From assembly GCA_965203905.1 (NCBI GenBank), contig CBDBDQ010000005.1, positions 640,001 through 704,000 on the forward strand: a DNA stretch of 64,000 bases, written 5' to 3'. Origin of the DNA: Spirochaetia bacterium (lineage in GTDB: Bacteria; Spirochaetota; Spirochaetia; SZUA-6; Bin103). The position numbers and the translations under genes are program-made. Below, in pieces: positions 9,608-17,877 of this stretch. The stretch's first letter is position 1, and every line of letters begins with the position of its first letter. The notes beneath the pieces are model-generated. The model saw nothing but the letters and a program-made list of their open reading frames with translations, did not search any database and was not told the origin of the DNA.

Positions 9608-10336
9608 CTGCCGGAGCGCTCCATCACAGCCACATCGGTATCCGCTCACAGCAGCACGGTCGAGAACTACATCAAGCAGATCTACCTGGAGGCGCAGAAG
9701 GACTCCCGCGAGCGAGTGCCGATGAAGCGCCTCGCCGACGGCGTGGGGGTCTCACCCGGCACTGCCACCTCCATGGTCAAGAGCCTCGCGCGCTCCGGCC
9801 TGATCGAATACGAGCCACGCGGCGGCAGCCGCCTCACCCGCGAGGGCGAGCAGCTCGCCCTCAACGTGCTGCGGCGCCACCGCTTGGTGGAGGCGTTCCT
9901 GGTGGACGTGCTCAAGCTGGACTGGTCGGAAGTGCACAGCGAGGCGGAACTGCTGGAGCACGCCATCAGCGACAAGGTGCTGGAGAAGATCGACGAGTTG
10001 ATGGGACGGCCGCGGGTCGACCCGCACGGCGATCCGATCCCTACCAACCGTGGTGAAATCGACGACACCCGCTTCGAGCCGCTGGCACAGCGAGCGACCG
10101 GCGACCGCCTGCGGATCGTCCGGGTAATCGACCAGGATGCCCGGTTCCTTCAGTTTGCCGAGCGCGCCGGCCTGGTACCGGGGGCCGAGCTGGTGGTGCA
10201 GCACCACGACCCGCAGGCCGATGCGGTGACGATCACCATTCCCGGGCGCAGCGCCCTTACCCTGGGGGCGGGAGCTGCGGCCAAGATCCTGGTGGCCGCG
10301 GCGGAGGACGCGAGAAGGCCCGCGGACGATGGCTGA
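9608..10336 (+). CDS. mntR: DtxR/MntR family metal-dependent regulator with FeoA domain (start uncertain)
   Basis: 'STVENYIKQIY' lies upstream of the annotated GTG; 'RRHRLVE.FL', 'EAELLEHAIS', 'DPHGDPIP'; no ATG/GTG/TTG between stop at 9578 and 9716, CTG at 9608 used. Confidence 0.85.
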   Translation: MPERSITATSVSAHSSTVENYIKQIYLEAQKDSRERVPMKRLADGVGVSPGTATSMVKSLARSGLIEYEPRGGSRLTREGEQLALNVLRRHRLVEAFLVDVLKLDWSEVHSEAELLEHAISDKVLEKIDELMGRPRVDPHGDPIPTNRGEIDDTRFEPLAQRATGDRLRIVRVIDQDARFLQFAERAGLVPGAELVVQHHDPQADAVTITIPGRSALTLGAGAAAKILVAAAEDARRPADDG

Positions 10337-10544
10337 ATCACCCGAGGTGAGCCGCGCGGTCGAGTTGCGGCTGGCCATGCTGCGGCACTGGTACGGCGAT
10401 CAGCTCGACGCCGAACAGTGGGAGGAAGTGCGGCGCCAGGTGCGCACCGAGCTGGTCGAGGTATCGCAGGCGCTCGCCGAGGTGCCGCTGGACCCTGCCG
10501 ACGAGCCGCAGCCCCTGTTCACCCCCTATCGCAGTGACGAGTGA
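10329..10544 (+). CDS. Small amidase-associated protein (GatC/AtzG-like by context)
   Basis: 71 aa, helical, ends 'LDPADEPQPLF'; overlaps both neighbours. Confidence 0.6.
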   Translation: MAESPEVSRAVELRLAMLRHWYGDQLDAEQWEEVRRQVRTELVEVSQALAEVPLDPADEPQPLFTPYRSDE

Positions 10545-11982
10545 CCCGGGAGCACAGCCGGAGGTAATCTTCCGGCCGCTGCGGCAGCTCGCCGAGCTGG
10601 TGCGGACGCGGCAGGTGTCGCCGGTGGCGCTTGCCGAGACCTTTCTCGACCGCCTGCGCACGCTGGGACCGCGTTACCACGCCGTCGTTACCCTGACGCC
10701 CGGTCTCGCTCTGGCGCAGGCGCGCCGGGCGGAGAAGGAACTGGCCGCCGGCCACTGGCGTGGGCCGCTGCACGGCATCCCGTACGGGATCAAGGACCTG
10801 TTCGCCACCGCCGGAATCCCCACCTCGTGGGGGGCGGCGCCGTTCCGCCACCAGGTGTTCGATTACGACGCCACCGTGGTGCGCCGTCTGGAACGTGCGG
10901 GAGCGGTGCTGGCGGCCAAGCTGGCGATGGTGGAGCTGGCCGGCGGACTGGGCTACCGGCAGCCCAATGCCAGCTTCACCGGGCCCGGCATCAATCCCTG
11001 GGGCGGGGACACCTGGTCGGGCGGCTCCTCCAGCGGTTCCGGCTCCGCCGTGGCCGCCGGCCTGGTGCCGTTCGCCATCGGCACCGAGACCAACGGCTCC
11101 ATCATCAGCCCGGCGGCCAACTGCGGCATCGCCGGCCTGCGTCCCAGCTACGGCAGGGTGAGCCGGCGCGGCGGCATGCCCCTGGCCTGGAGCCTCGACA
11201 AGCCGGGACCGATGGCCCTGACCGCCGACGACTGCGGCCTGGTGCTGGAGGCCATTGCCGGCTTCGATGCCGATGACCCCACCACCACCCGGCGTACGTT
11301 CTCCTACGCGCCCGCCGCTCCCGGACGCCGCTTCCGCCTGGCATTGCCCGCGGGCGCCACCGACGACGCCGACCCGGCAGTACGCGACAACTTCGCCGCC
11401 GCCCTGGAGGTGCTGGGGGAGATCGCCGACATCGAGCCGGTGACGCTGCCCGACTATCCCTACCAGGCGGTGATCTCCGCGATCATGATGAGCGAGTCCG
11501 CGTCGATCTTTGCCGAGTTCGCGCGCAGCGGGAAGTCGGCGCAGATGACCGCACCGGAGGACCGCTACGGGATCCACGCCCGCGGCGCCGCGCTGGCGGC
11601 CGACTACCTGCGCGCGCAGCGCATCCGCCGGCTCCTGGCCCGCGACCTGGACCGCCTCCTGGCGCGCTGTGACGCACTGGTGGCGCCGTCGCGACCCGCC
11701 GTTGCCTCCGCCCTCGACGAGTCCTGGTCCCGCCACGGTCAGCAGCCGCCGCGTGCCGGAGCGGAGCGCGGTCAACGCCGCGCGCGCTGTCCGCTCAGCG
11801 CCGCCGGCAACTGCGCCGGGCTGCCGGCGATCAGCGTTCCCTCCGGGTTTTCGGAGGCCGGACTCCCCACCGGCATTCAGTTCGTGGGCCGTGCCTACGA
11901 GGAGCCGGCCATCCTCGCCGTCGCCACCGCCTACCAGAAGCTGACCTCCTGGCACCAACGCCACCCGGCCGACCTCCTCTGA
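10534..11982 (+). CDS. Amidase-signature family amidase
   Basis: 'GPLHGIPYGIKDL', 'GGSSSGS', 'GTETNGSI.SPA..CG', 'GLPTGIQ'. Confidence 0.92.
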   Translation: MTSDPGAQPEVIFRPLRQLAELVRTRQVSPVALAETFLDRLRTLGPRYHAVVTLTPGLALAQARRAEKELAAGHWRGPLHGIPYGIKDLFATAGIPTSWGAAPFRHQVFDYDATVVRRLERAGAVLAAKLAMVELAGGLGYRQPNASFTGPGINPWGGDTWSGGSSSGSGSAVAAGLVPFAIGTETNGSIISPAANCGIAGLRPSYGRVSRRGGMPLAWSLDKPGPMALTADDCGLVLEAIAGFDADDPTTTRRTFSYAPAAPGRRFRLALPAGATDDADPAVRDNFAAALEVLGEIADIEPVTLPDYPYQAVISAIMMSESASIFAEFARSGKSAQMTAPEDRYGIHARGAALAADYLRAQRIRRLLARDLDRLLARCDALVAPSRPAVASALDESWSRHGQQPPRAGAERGQRRARCPLSAAGNCAGLPAISVPSGFSEAGLPTGIQFVGRAYEEPAILAVATAYQKLTSWHQRHPADLL

Positions 11983-12047
11983 AACGGTTGGAGCGCGTTT
12001 GCTCGCAATGCTACTAGTGGGTTCGTATAATCTCGTTGGACAGCGGT

Positions 12048-13151
12048 ATGCCTAGATTGAAAGAGGTCATCGTCAGGGGTTTCAGGTCCATCAAGGAGAT
12101 GGATCTGGAACTCGGGCCGCTCAACGTATGTATTGGAGCCAACGGAGCCGGCAAGAGCAATCTCATTGAGTTCTTCAAGATGATCAACGAATTGATGGGC
12201 GGACGGCTTCAACAATACATCGCTACCACGGGGCGGGCTACGGCTAATCTGCACTTCGGCCCCAAAGTAACCCCTCAACTTGAAGCCGAGCTCAGATTCG
12301 AGGCCGATCAGGGCACCGATACCTACTACATGAGGTTGTTTTATGCTGCCGGAGACTCTCTGATCTTTGCCGATGAGACGCTCTCGTTTCTCGGCATTGG
12401 ATTCGATACGCCTCGACAGACGTCCTTAGGAGCTGGCCATCAGGAAGCTCTTGTTCGAGATTACACGGAAGATGTCCCCCTGATTAACGTGCTACGGAAC
12501 TTCCTGAATCGATGTCGAGTATATCACTTTCATGACACCTCACAGACGGCACGGATTCGTCAGCACTGCTACATCGGAGACGCCCGTTGGTTAATGCCGG
12601 ACGCGGCGAATCTTGCGGCGGTCCTCTTTCGTCTCAAGTCCGAGAACGAGCGCGTCTATCGCCGTATTGTGAGAAATATCGCCCAGATAGCGCCATTTTT
12701 CGAGGACTTCGAGCTGCAACCTTCGGGGCCCTATGAGAAGGATATCATTCTAAACTGGCGACATCGAGCGTCTGATCTGGTATTCGGCCCACATCAACTG
12801 TCGGATGGTACTCTGCGCGCCATATGCCTGATTGCGCTGTTGCAGCAGCCGACTGAGGATCTGCCCTACCTCATCGTGGTCGACGAACCGGAGCTAGGAC
12901 TGCACCCCCAGGCGCTCGACTTGGTCGCTTCTCTGTTCCAGGCGGTAAGTGAGCACGTACAAGTCCTTATCAGTACGCAGTCCAGCAGGTTTGTCGATGG
13001 GTTCGAACCTCGGGACATCGTTGTCGTGGAACGGAAGCGGGAAGCTACGACGTTCGAGCGGCCCGACCCGGCGATGCTTGACTCCTGGTTGGAGGAATAT
13101 TCCCTCGGCGAAGTCTGGGAGAAAAACGTGATCGGTGGCAGTCCAAGCTAA
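12048..13151 (+). CDS. ABC/AAA_21-type ATPase
   Basis: 'RGFRSI', Walker A 'GANGAGKSN', signature 'LSDGTLR', 'VVDEPELGLHP', 'ISTQS'; TATAAT at 12026; AT-richer than flanks. Confidence 0.9.
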   Translation: MPRLKEVIVRGFRSIKEMDLELGPLNVCIGANGAGKSNLIEFFKMINELMGGRLQQYIATTGRATANLHFGPKVTPQLEAELRFEADQGTDTYYMRLFYAAGDSLIFADETLSFLGIGFDTPRQTSLGAGHQEALVRDYTEDVPLINVLRNFLNRCRVYHFHDTSQTARIRQHCYIGDARWLMPDAANLAAVLFRLKSENERVYRRIVRNIAQIAPFFEDFELQPSGPYEKDIILNWRHRASDLVFGPHQLSDGTLRAICLIALLQQPTEDLPYLIVVDEPELGLHPQALDLVASLFQAVSEHVQVLISTQSSRFVDGFEPRDIVVVERKREATTFERPDPAMLDSWLEEYSLGEVWEKNVIGGSPS

Positions 13152-13837
13152 TGGCGAGACTTCACCTGTTCGCGGAAGGTACTACGGAACTGGTATTCGC
13201 TCGCGAAGTGCTGGGCCCACACCTGTGGAGCTACGACGTCTTTCTGCACAATCCGGTGTTGATCGCACACGCCCACAAAAAGGGAAGAGTCCATCGAGGT
13301 GGAGGAAGAAAGTTTCGTCCAATGCAAAACGACATTGAACGACGACTGAAAGAGGATCATGGAACGGATGTCCACTTTACCTCAATGATTGACCTGTATG
13401 CTCTCCACTGCGATTTCCCTGGACGACGTGAGGCAGATTGCTTACGCAACAGACCCTATGATCGCGTAGAATCACTGGAGCGTTCGTGGAGTGGTGAGAC
13501 TAACGACACACGATTCATCCCTTTCATTCAATTGCACGAATTTGAAGCCTACCTGTATACCGAAGTAGGCAGATTCAAGGAGTTCTTTGACAATGCCGGT
13601 CACGGAGTGAGAGAACTCCAGACGGTTGCCAACAGCGCCAGCTCCCCGGAGTTGATCGACGATGGGCAGCACACTGCGCCATCGAAGAGAATCACCGCTC
13701 AGTTCCCCACGTACGAACGACTTAAGGCGACCGTCGGGCCGCAAATGGCCAAGCTCATCGGGCTGCAGAAGATCCGGGCGACCTGCCCCCACTTCGATGC
13801 GTGGATCCGGCGCCTGGAACAGCTTGAGAACGAATAG
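13151..13837 (+). CDS. DUF4276-like TOPRIM-fold protein
   Basis: 'FAEGTTE..F', 'SMIDLY', 'FIPFIQLHEFEA', 'SPELIDDG..TAPSKRI', 'IR..CPHF..W'; 1-nt overlap with ATPase. Confidence 0.85.
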   Translation: MARLHLFAEGTTELVFAREVLGPHLWSYDVFLHNPVLIAHAHKKGRVHRGGGRKFRPMQNDIERRLKEDHGTDVHFTSMIDLYALHCDFPGRREADCLRNRPYDRVESLERSWSGETNDTRFIPFIQLHEFEAYLYTEVGRFKEFFDNAGHGVRELQTVANSASSPELIDDGQHTAPSKRITAQFPTYERLKATVGPQMAKLIGLQKIRATCPHFDAWIRRLEQLENE

Positions 13838-13941
13838 CCGTGATGACCCACGGAAGCCGTCGGTAGCAGGTATCCCCCTCAGCCGGCCGGGTCGATAGCG
13901 CGCAACATAGGTCGTGGCGGCAGCTAACCGCTTGGCGTAGA

Positions 13942-15537
13942 ATGGCCCTTATGGCCAGCGACAACATGGCGGAAAGGATCCAGGCTGCGCGTGAGTTGCG
14001 CGAGCATCTGCTGCGCGACCGCTACCGGCCCGGATACCACTTCGCGACTCCCGAGGACATCGGCCGGCCCGGCGACCCCAACGGCGCGTTCTACGCCAAC
14101 GGGCGCTACCACCTGATGTACCTGTACGATCGCCGCGGCATCTCCGCCTGGCGCGGCAAGGGGTACGCCTGGGGCCACCTCTCCAGCACCGACCTGGTCC
14201 ACTGGCGCCACCATCCCGACGCCCTGCTGCCCGACGACTACGACGGCGGCATCTTCAGCGGCGGCGCGTTCCTGGACGACGACGGCACCGCCTACCTCAC
14301 CTACTGGCGCGTCAACGAGTCGTCCGCGGGCACCGGGATCGGCATCGCCCGCAGCAGCGACCGTCACTACGATCACTGGGAAAAGCTGATGGTCCCCTCC
14401 CTCGACGGCACCGAGTTCGGCATCCTGGAGACTTCCGCGGCGGGCGGGGAGACGCGCTACCTGTGCAACGCCGACCCCAGCAACATCTGGAAGCAGGACG
14501 GCACCTACTACCTGCAGGCCGGCAACCTGCTGATTCTGAACAAGCTGGGACGCGAGCCAGACTCTCCGCCGCAGTACCGCGGCGACTGGGTGGACCTGTT
14601 CCGGTCGCAGGATCTTCGTCAGTGGGAGTACGTGCACCGCTTCTACCAGCGCCGCGGCGACAACACCTGGACTCAGGAGAGCGAGGATGACATGTGCCCC
14701 AGCTTCCTGCCACTGCCCCGTTCCCGTGAAGGCGGCCCGCCCAGCGGCAAGCATCTCCAGCTCTTCATCTCCCACAACCTGGGATGCCAGTACTACGTCG
14801 GCCGCTACGACACGGAGCGGCAGGTGTTCATTCCGGAAGGACACGGGCGCATGAGCTGGGTGGACAACACGTTCTTTGCACCCGAGGCGCTGATCGACGG
14901 CAACGGACGCCAGATCATGTGGGCATGGCTGACCGACTACCCGGCGCGGGAGCACGACGAGGCGCTGCGGGACGGCTGGTGCGGAGTGTACGGCCTGCCG
15001 CGCGTGCTGTGGCTGGGGAACGATGACCGCACGCTGCACCTGGCCCCTGCGCCGGAGCTGGAACGGCTGCGCTATCAGGCCCGGAAGTTTGACGACCTGA
15101 CGCTGGACGACGGCGGCGCGGCCCTGCTGAGCGGCATCAACGGCGAGTCGTGCGAGATCGGCCTGCGCATCGAGCTTGGCACGGCGCAGCAGGTCGGCCT
15201 GCAGGTGCGTACCAGCCCGGACGGCTCGGAGACCACCCTCCTCTACTACGACGCGGCGGCGCGGAGCCTGATGTTCGACGCTACCCGCAGCGGCAGCAAG
15301 GGCCGCCCGGTGGTAGAGCAGGCGCCGCTCGCCCTGGCCGCCGGCGAGGCCCTGGAACTGCGCGTGTTCATCGACCGCTCGGTCGTCGAAGTGTTCGCCA
15401 ACGACCGCCAGGCGATTTCCCGGCGCGTGTTCCCCGACGGCGAGGCCAGCGACCTGGTAACGCTGTGGTGCCGCGGTGGACGGGCCGCCTTCAGCGCCAT
15501 ACGAACCTGGGAGATGATGCCTGCCAACGCCTGGTAG
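13942..15537 (+). CDS. Glycoside hydrolase family 32 protein
   Basis: 'RPGYHF', 'GDPNG', 'WGH..STDLVHW', 'FSGG', 'LPRVL', 'LRVFIDRSVVEVF'. Confidence 0.88.
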   Translation: MALMASDNMAERIQAARELREHLLRDRYRPGYHFATPEDIGRPGDPNGAFYANGRYHLMYLYDRRGISAWRGKGYAWGHLSSTDLVHWRHHPDALLPDDYDGGIFSGGAFLDDDGTAYLTYWRVNESSAGTGIGIARSSDRHYDHWEKLMVPSLDGTEFGILETSAAGGETRYLCNADPSNIWKQDGTYYLQAGNLLILNKLGREPDSPPQYRGDWVDLFRSQDLRQWEYVHRFYQRRGDNTWTQESEDDMCPSFLPLPRSREGGPPSGKHLQLFISHNLGCQYYVGRYDTERQVFIPEGHGRMSWVDNTFFAPEALIDGNGRQIMWAWLTDYPAREHDEALRDGWCGVYGLPRVLWLGNDDRTLHLAPAPELERLRYQARKFDDLTLDDGGAALLSGINGESCEIGLRIELGTAQQVGLQVRTSPDGSETTLLYYDAAARSLMFDATRSGSKGRPVVEQAPLALAAGEALELRVFIDRSVVEVFANDRQAISRRVFPDGEASDLVTLWCRGGRAAFSAIRTWEMMPANAW

Positions 15538-15568
15538 GCGCTGGCCGCGCGGCGCGTTGGCAGCGCGG

Positions 15569-16873
15569 TCAGTCGGCCGGACGCCGCAGGTGCACGCTGT
15601 GGCGGTGGGCCTCGAACCCTTCCAGGCCGGCGAGCAACTCGATGTCGTCGAATGCCTGCCGCGGCAGCCCGTAGGGGTAGGCCTCGATGCTGGTGCGCTT
15701 GAGGAACGTGTAGACGCTGCAACCGGAGGTGAAGCGGGCCGTGCCGCCGGTAGGCAGGCAGTGGCTGGGCCCGGCCCAGTAGTCGCCGCTGGCCACCGGC
15801 GAGCGATCGCCCACGAACACGGCACCGGCGTGCTGCACCTGCTCCAGCACCGCCTGCGGGTCACGCACGGCCAGCGTCAGGTGCTCGGGAGCCAGGCGGT
15901 CGATCAGCTCGCAGGCCGTTGTCCGGTCGGGCACGTGCACCAGGGCGCAATTGGTTTGCAGCGCCCGTTCCAGGGCGTCCCGCCGTGCGCGCCCTTCGAG
16001 CAGCTCCTGCAACGCGGCCGCCACCGCCTCCACCACCGACCGCTCGACGGCCACCAGAATCGCGGTTCCGGGATCGTGCTCGGCCTGTGCCAGCAGGTCG
16101 GCCGCCACCCAGGCGGGGTGCGCCGCGGCATCTGCCAGCACCACGATCTCGCTGGGACCGTATAGTCCGTCGATGCCGACCACGCCGAAGAGCTGGCGCT
16201 TGGCCTCCTGGCCGTAGACGTTGCTGGGCCCGGCGATCATCTCCACCGGCGCAATTCGTTCGGTGCCGACGGCCAGGGCCGCCAGCGCGAACCCGCCGAT
16301 GCGGTACACCGTGTCGATGCCCAGCAGGTGACACACGCCCAGCACCGTGGGGTCGATCTCGACCGTCTGCCCCGTGCTGCGCGGCGGCGTGGCCACGGCC
16401 AGCCGCGGCACTCCCGCGACCTGCGCCGGGACCGCCAGCATCACCAGGGTGGAGGGATAGGCGCCGGCCCCGCCCGGTACCGACAGCCCGGCGCTGGCCA
16501 CGGGCGTGTGGCGCAGGCCCAGCTCGGCGCCGTGGCGCCGCAGCGGAACCGGATCGACCGGCTTGACGTGGGCCTGGTAGGCGCGCACGTTGTCCGCCGC
16601 GCGGCGGAAGGCGGCCGCCGCTTCAGGATTGAGAGCCGCTTCGGCCGCCGCGATCGTTTCGGGAGCGACGCGAATGGCATCCTCGGAGTAGTCGCCGCGG
16701 GTATGCCGTCGCAGGTAGTCGACGACGGCGGCATCGCCACGGGCGCGCAGGTCGTCCATGAAGCGGCCCATGTCGGCCGCCAGCTCGCCGCCGACCCAGG
16801 AGCGCGCCGCGTAGCGATCGGCGATCTCCTGCAGGCGTGCGCGATCCGCGGGCCGGGTCCAATCGAGAATCAT
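15569..16873 (-). CDS. hisD: Histidinol dehydrogenase
   Basis: 'VPGG...YPST', 'GPSEI', 'DLLAQAEHD', 'APEHL', 'GDY.AGPSH.LPT', 'EG..AH'. Confidence 0.9.
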   Translation of the reverse strand: MILDWTRPADRARLQEIADRYAARSWVGGELAADMGRFMDDLRARGDAAVVDYLRRHTRGDYSEDAIRVAPETIAAAEAALNPEAAAAFRRAADNVRAYQAHVKPVDPVPLRRHGAELGLRHTPVASAGLSVPGGAGAYPSTLVMLAVPAQVAGVPRLAVATPPRSTGQTVEIDPTVLGVCHLLGIDTVYRIGGFALAALAVGTERIAPVEMIAGPSNVYGQEAKRQLFGVVGIDGLYGPSEIVVLADAAAHPAWVAADLLAQAEHDPGTAILVAVERSVVEAVAAALQELLEGRARRDALERALQTNCALVHVPDRTTACELIDRLAPEHLTLAVRDPQAVLEQVQHAGAVFVGDRSPVASGDYWAGPSHCLPTGGTARFTSGCSVYTFLKRTSIEAYPYGLPRQAFDDIELLAGLEGFEAHRHSVHLRRPAD

Positions 16874-16908
16874 CCGCGGCGGGGTAACGCCGGCACCCGA
16901 TGGCAGCG

Positions 16909-17877
16909 TCAGCCGCGCTCGGAGAGTCCGGTCCAGCCACGACCGGGCGAGTACGCGCGCGCTGCGTCGAAGCGGCGCCGCAGTTCCTGGAACCGCTCGG
17001 GGCTGGTGATCTCGCGCTCGGGGTGCCGGTCGTCACGAATCACGAAGTCCGCCTCCGGCGGATAGCACGCCATCGTGACCGGCTCCCGTTCCGGCGTGTA
17101 GTCCTCCGGACCCTCGCCGATGTTGTTGGGTGCATCGGTGCCCTGGTAGCGCAGGTCCAGGCTCCAGCGCACCTGTCCGCTGTGGTTTTCGAACGACGCG
17201 TGCGGCGTGAAGTTGGTCATGAACAGCACGTCGCCGGCGCTCATCTCCAGGGCAACCGGCGTCACCTCCGGCAGCACCTCGTCCGGCACCTCCAGGTAGC
17301 CGGCGTGACCGCCGGTGTAGTGCCGCAGGATGCCGCCGCGGTGCACCCCCGGCAGGACGTGCAGGCAGCCGTTGTCGAGCGTGGCGTCCACCAGCGGAAT
17401 CCAGCAGGTCACGATCAGGTAGGAGTCGCAGTGTGCCAGCAGGTAGCCGGAGTCCTGGTGCCACGGCACCTCGCCATGATCCCAGCGCGGCAGCTTGGGT
17501 CGGATGCGATACACCGACGATCCGATGATCTCGGGCCCCACCAGGCGCTCGATGCAGGACAGCAGCGGCGGATGGCGCAGGAAGTGGAGCATCGCCGGGC
17601 CGTGAAACCCGCCGCCGCCGCGTCCCATGATCGCCCGGTAGATCACCTCGCACGCCGCCGGATCGGCAAACCGGATCTTCGCGAGACGGGTCTCGAACGG
17701 CTCCTCTTCGAACAGGTCATCCAGCTCGCCCCTGGCCTGCAGCGCGGACGCCTCGTGCTGGATGATCCGCGTCAGGCTGTCCTTGATCGGCTGCAGGTCG
17801 GACGCCGAGTAGACGCCCTCCTTGACCACGTAGCCCTGACGCCGGAACTGGTCGACCTCTTGCCCGGTAAGCGTCAT
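16909..17877 (-). CDS. Phytanoyl-CoA dioxygenase (PhyH) family protein
   Basis: 'PWHQDSGY', 'CWIPLVDATLDNGCL..LPG.H', 'AGDVLF...TPH.S..N', 'RWSLDLRY'. Confidence 0.9.
   Translation of the reverse strand: MTLTGQEVDQFRRQGYVVKEGVYSASDLQPIKDSLTRIIQHEASALQARGELDDLFEEEPFETRLAKIRFADPAACEVIYRAIMGRGGGGFHGPAMLHFLRHPPLLSCIERLVGPEIIGSSVYRIRPKLPRWDHGEVPWHQDSGYLLAHCDSYLIVTCWIPLVDATLDNGCLHVLPGVHRGGILRHYTGGHAGYLEVPDEVLPEVTPVALEMSAGDVLFMTNFTPHASFENHSGQVRWSLDLRYQGTDAPNNIGEGPEDYTPEREPVTMACYPPEADFVIRDDRHPEREITSPERFQELRRRFDAARAYSPGRGWTGLSERG

Noticed and set aside
10534-11982. Calling the amidase gatA
   Set aside because: No gatB nearby and the motifs (GTETNGS, KLAMVELAGG) differ from typical GatA.
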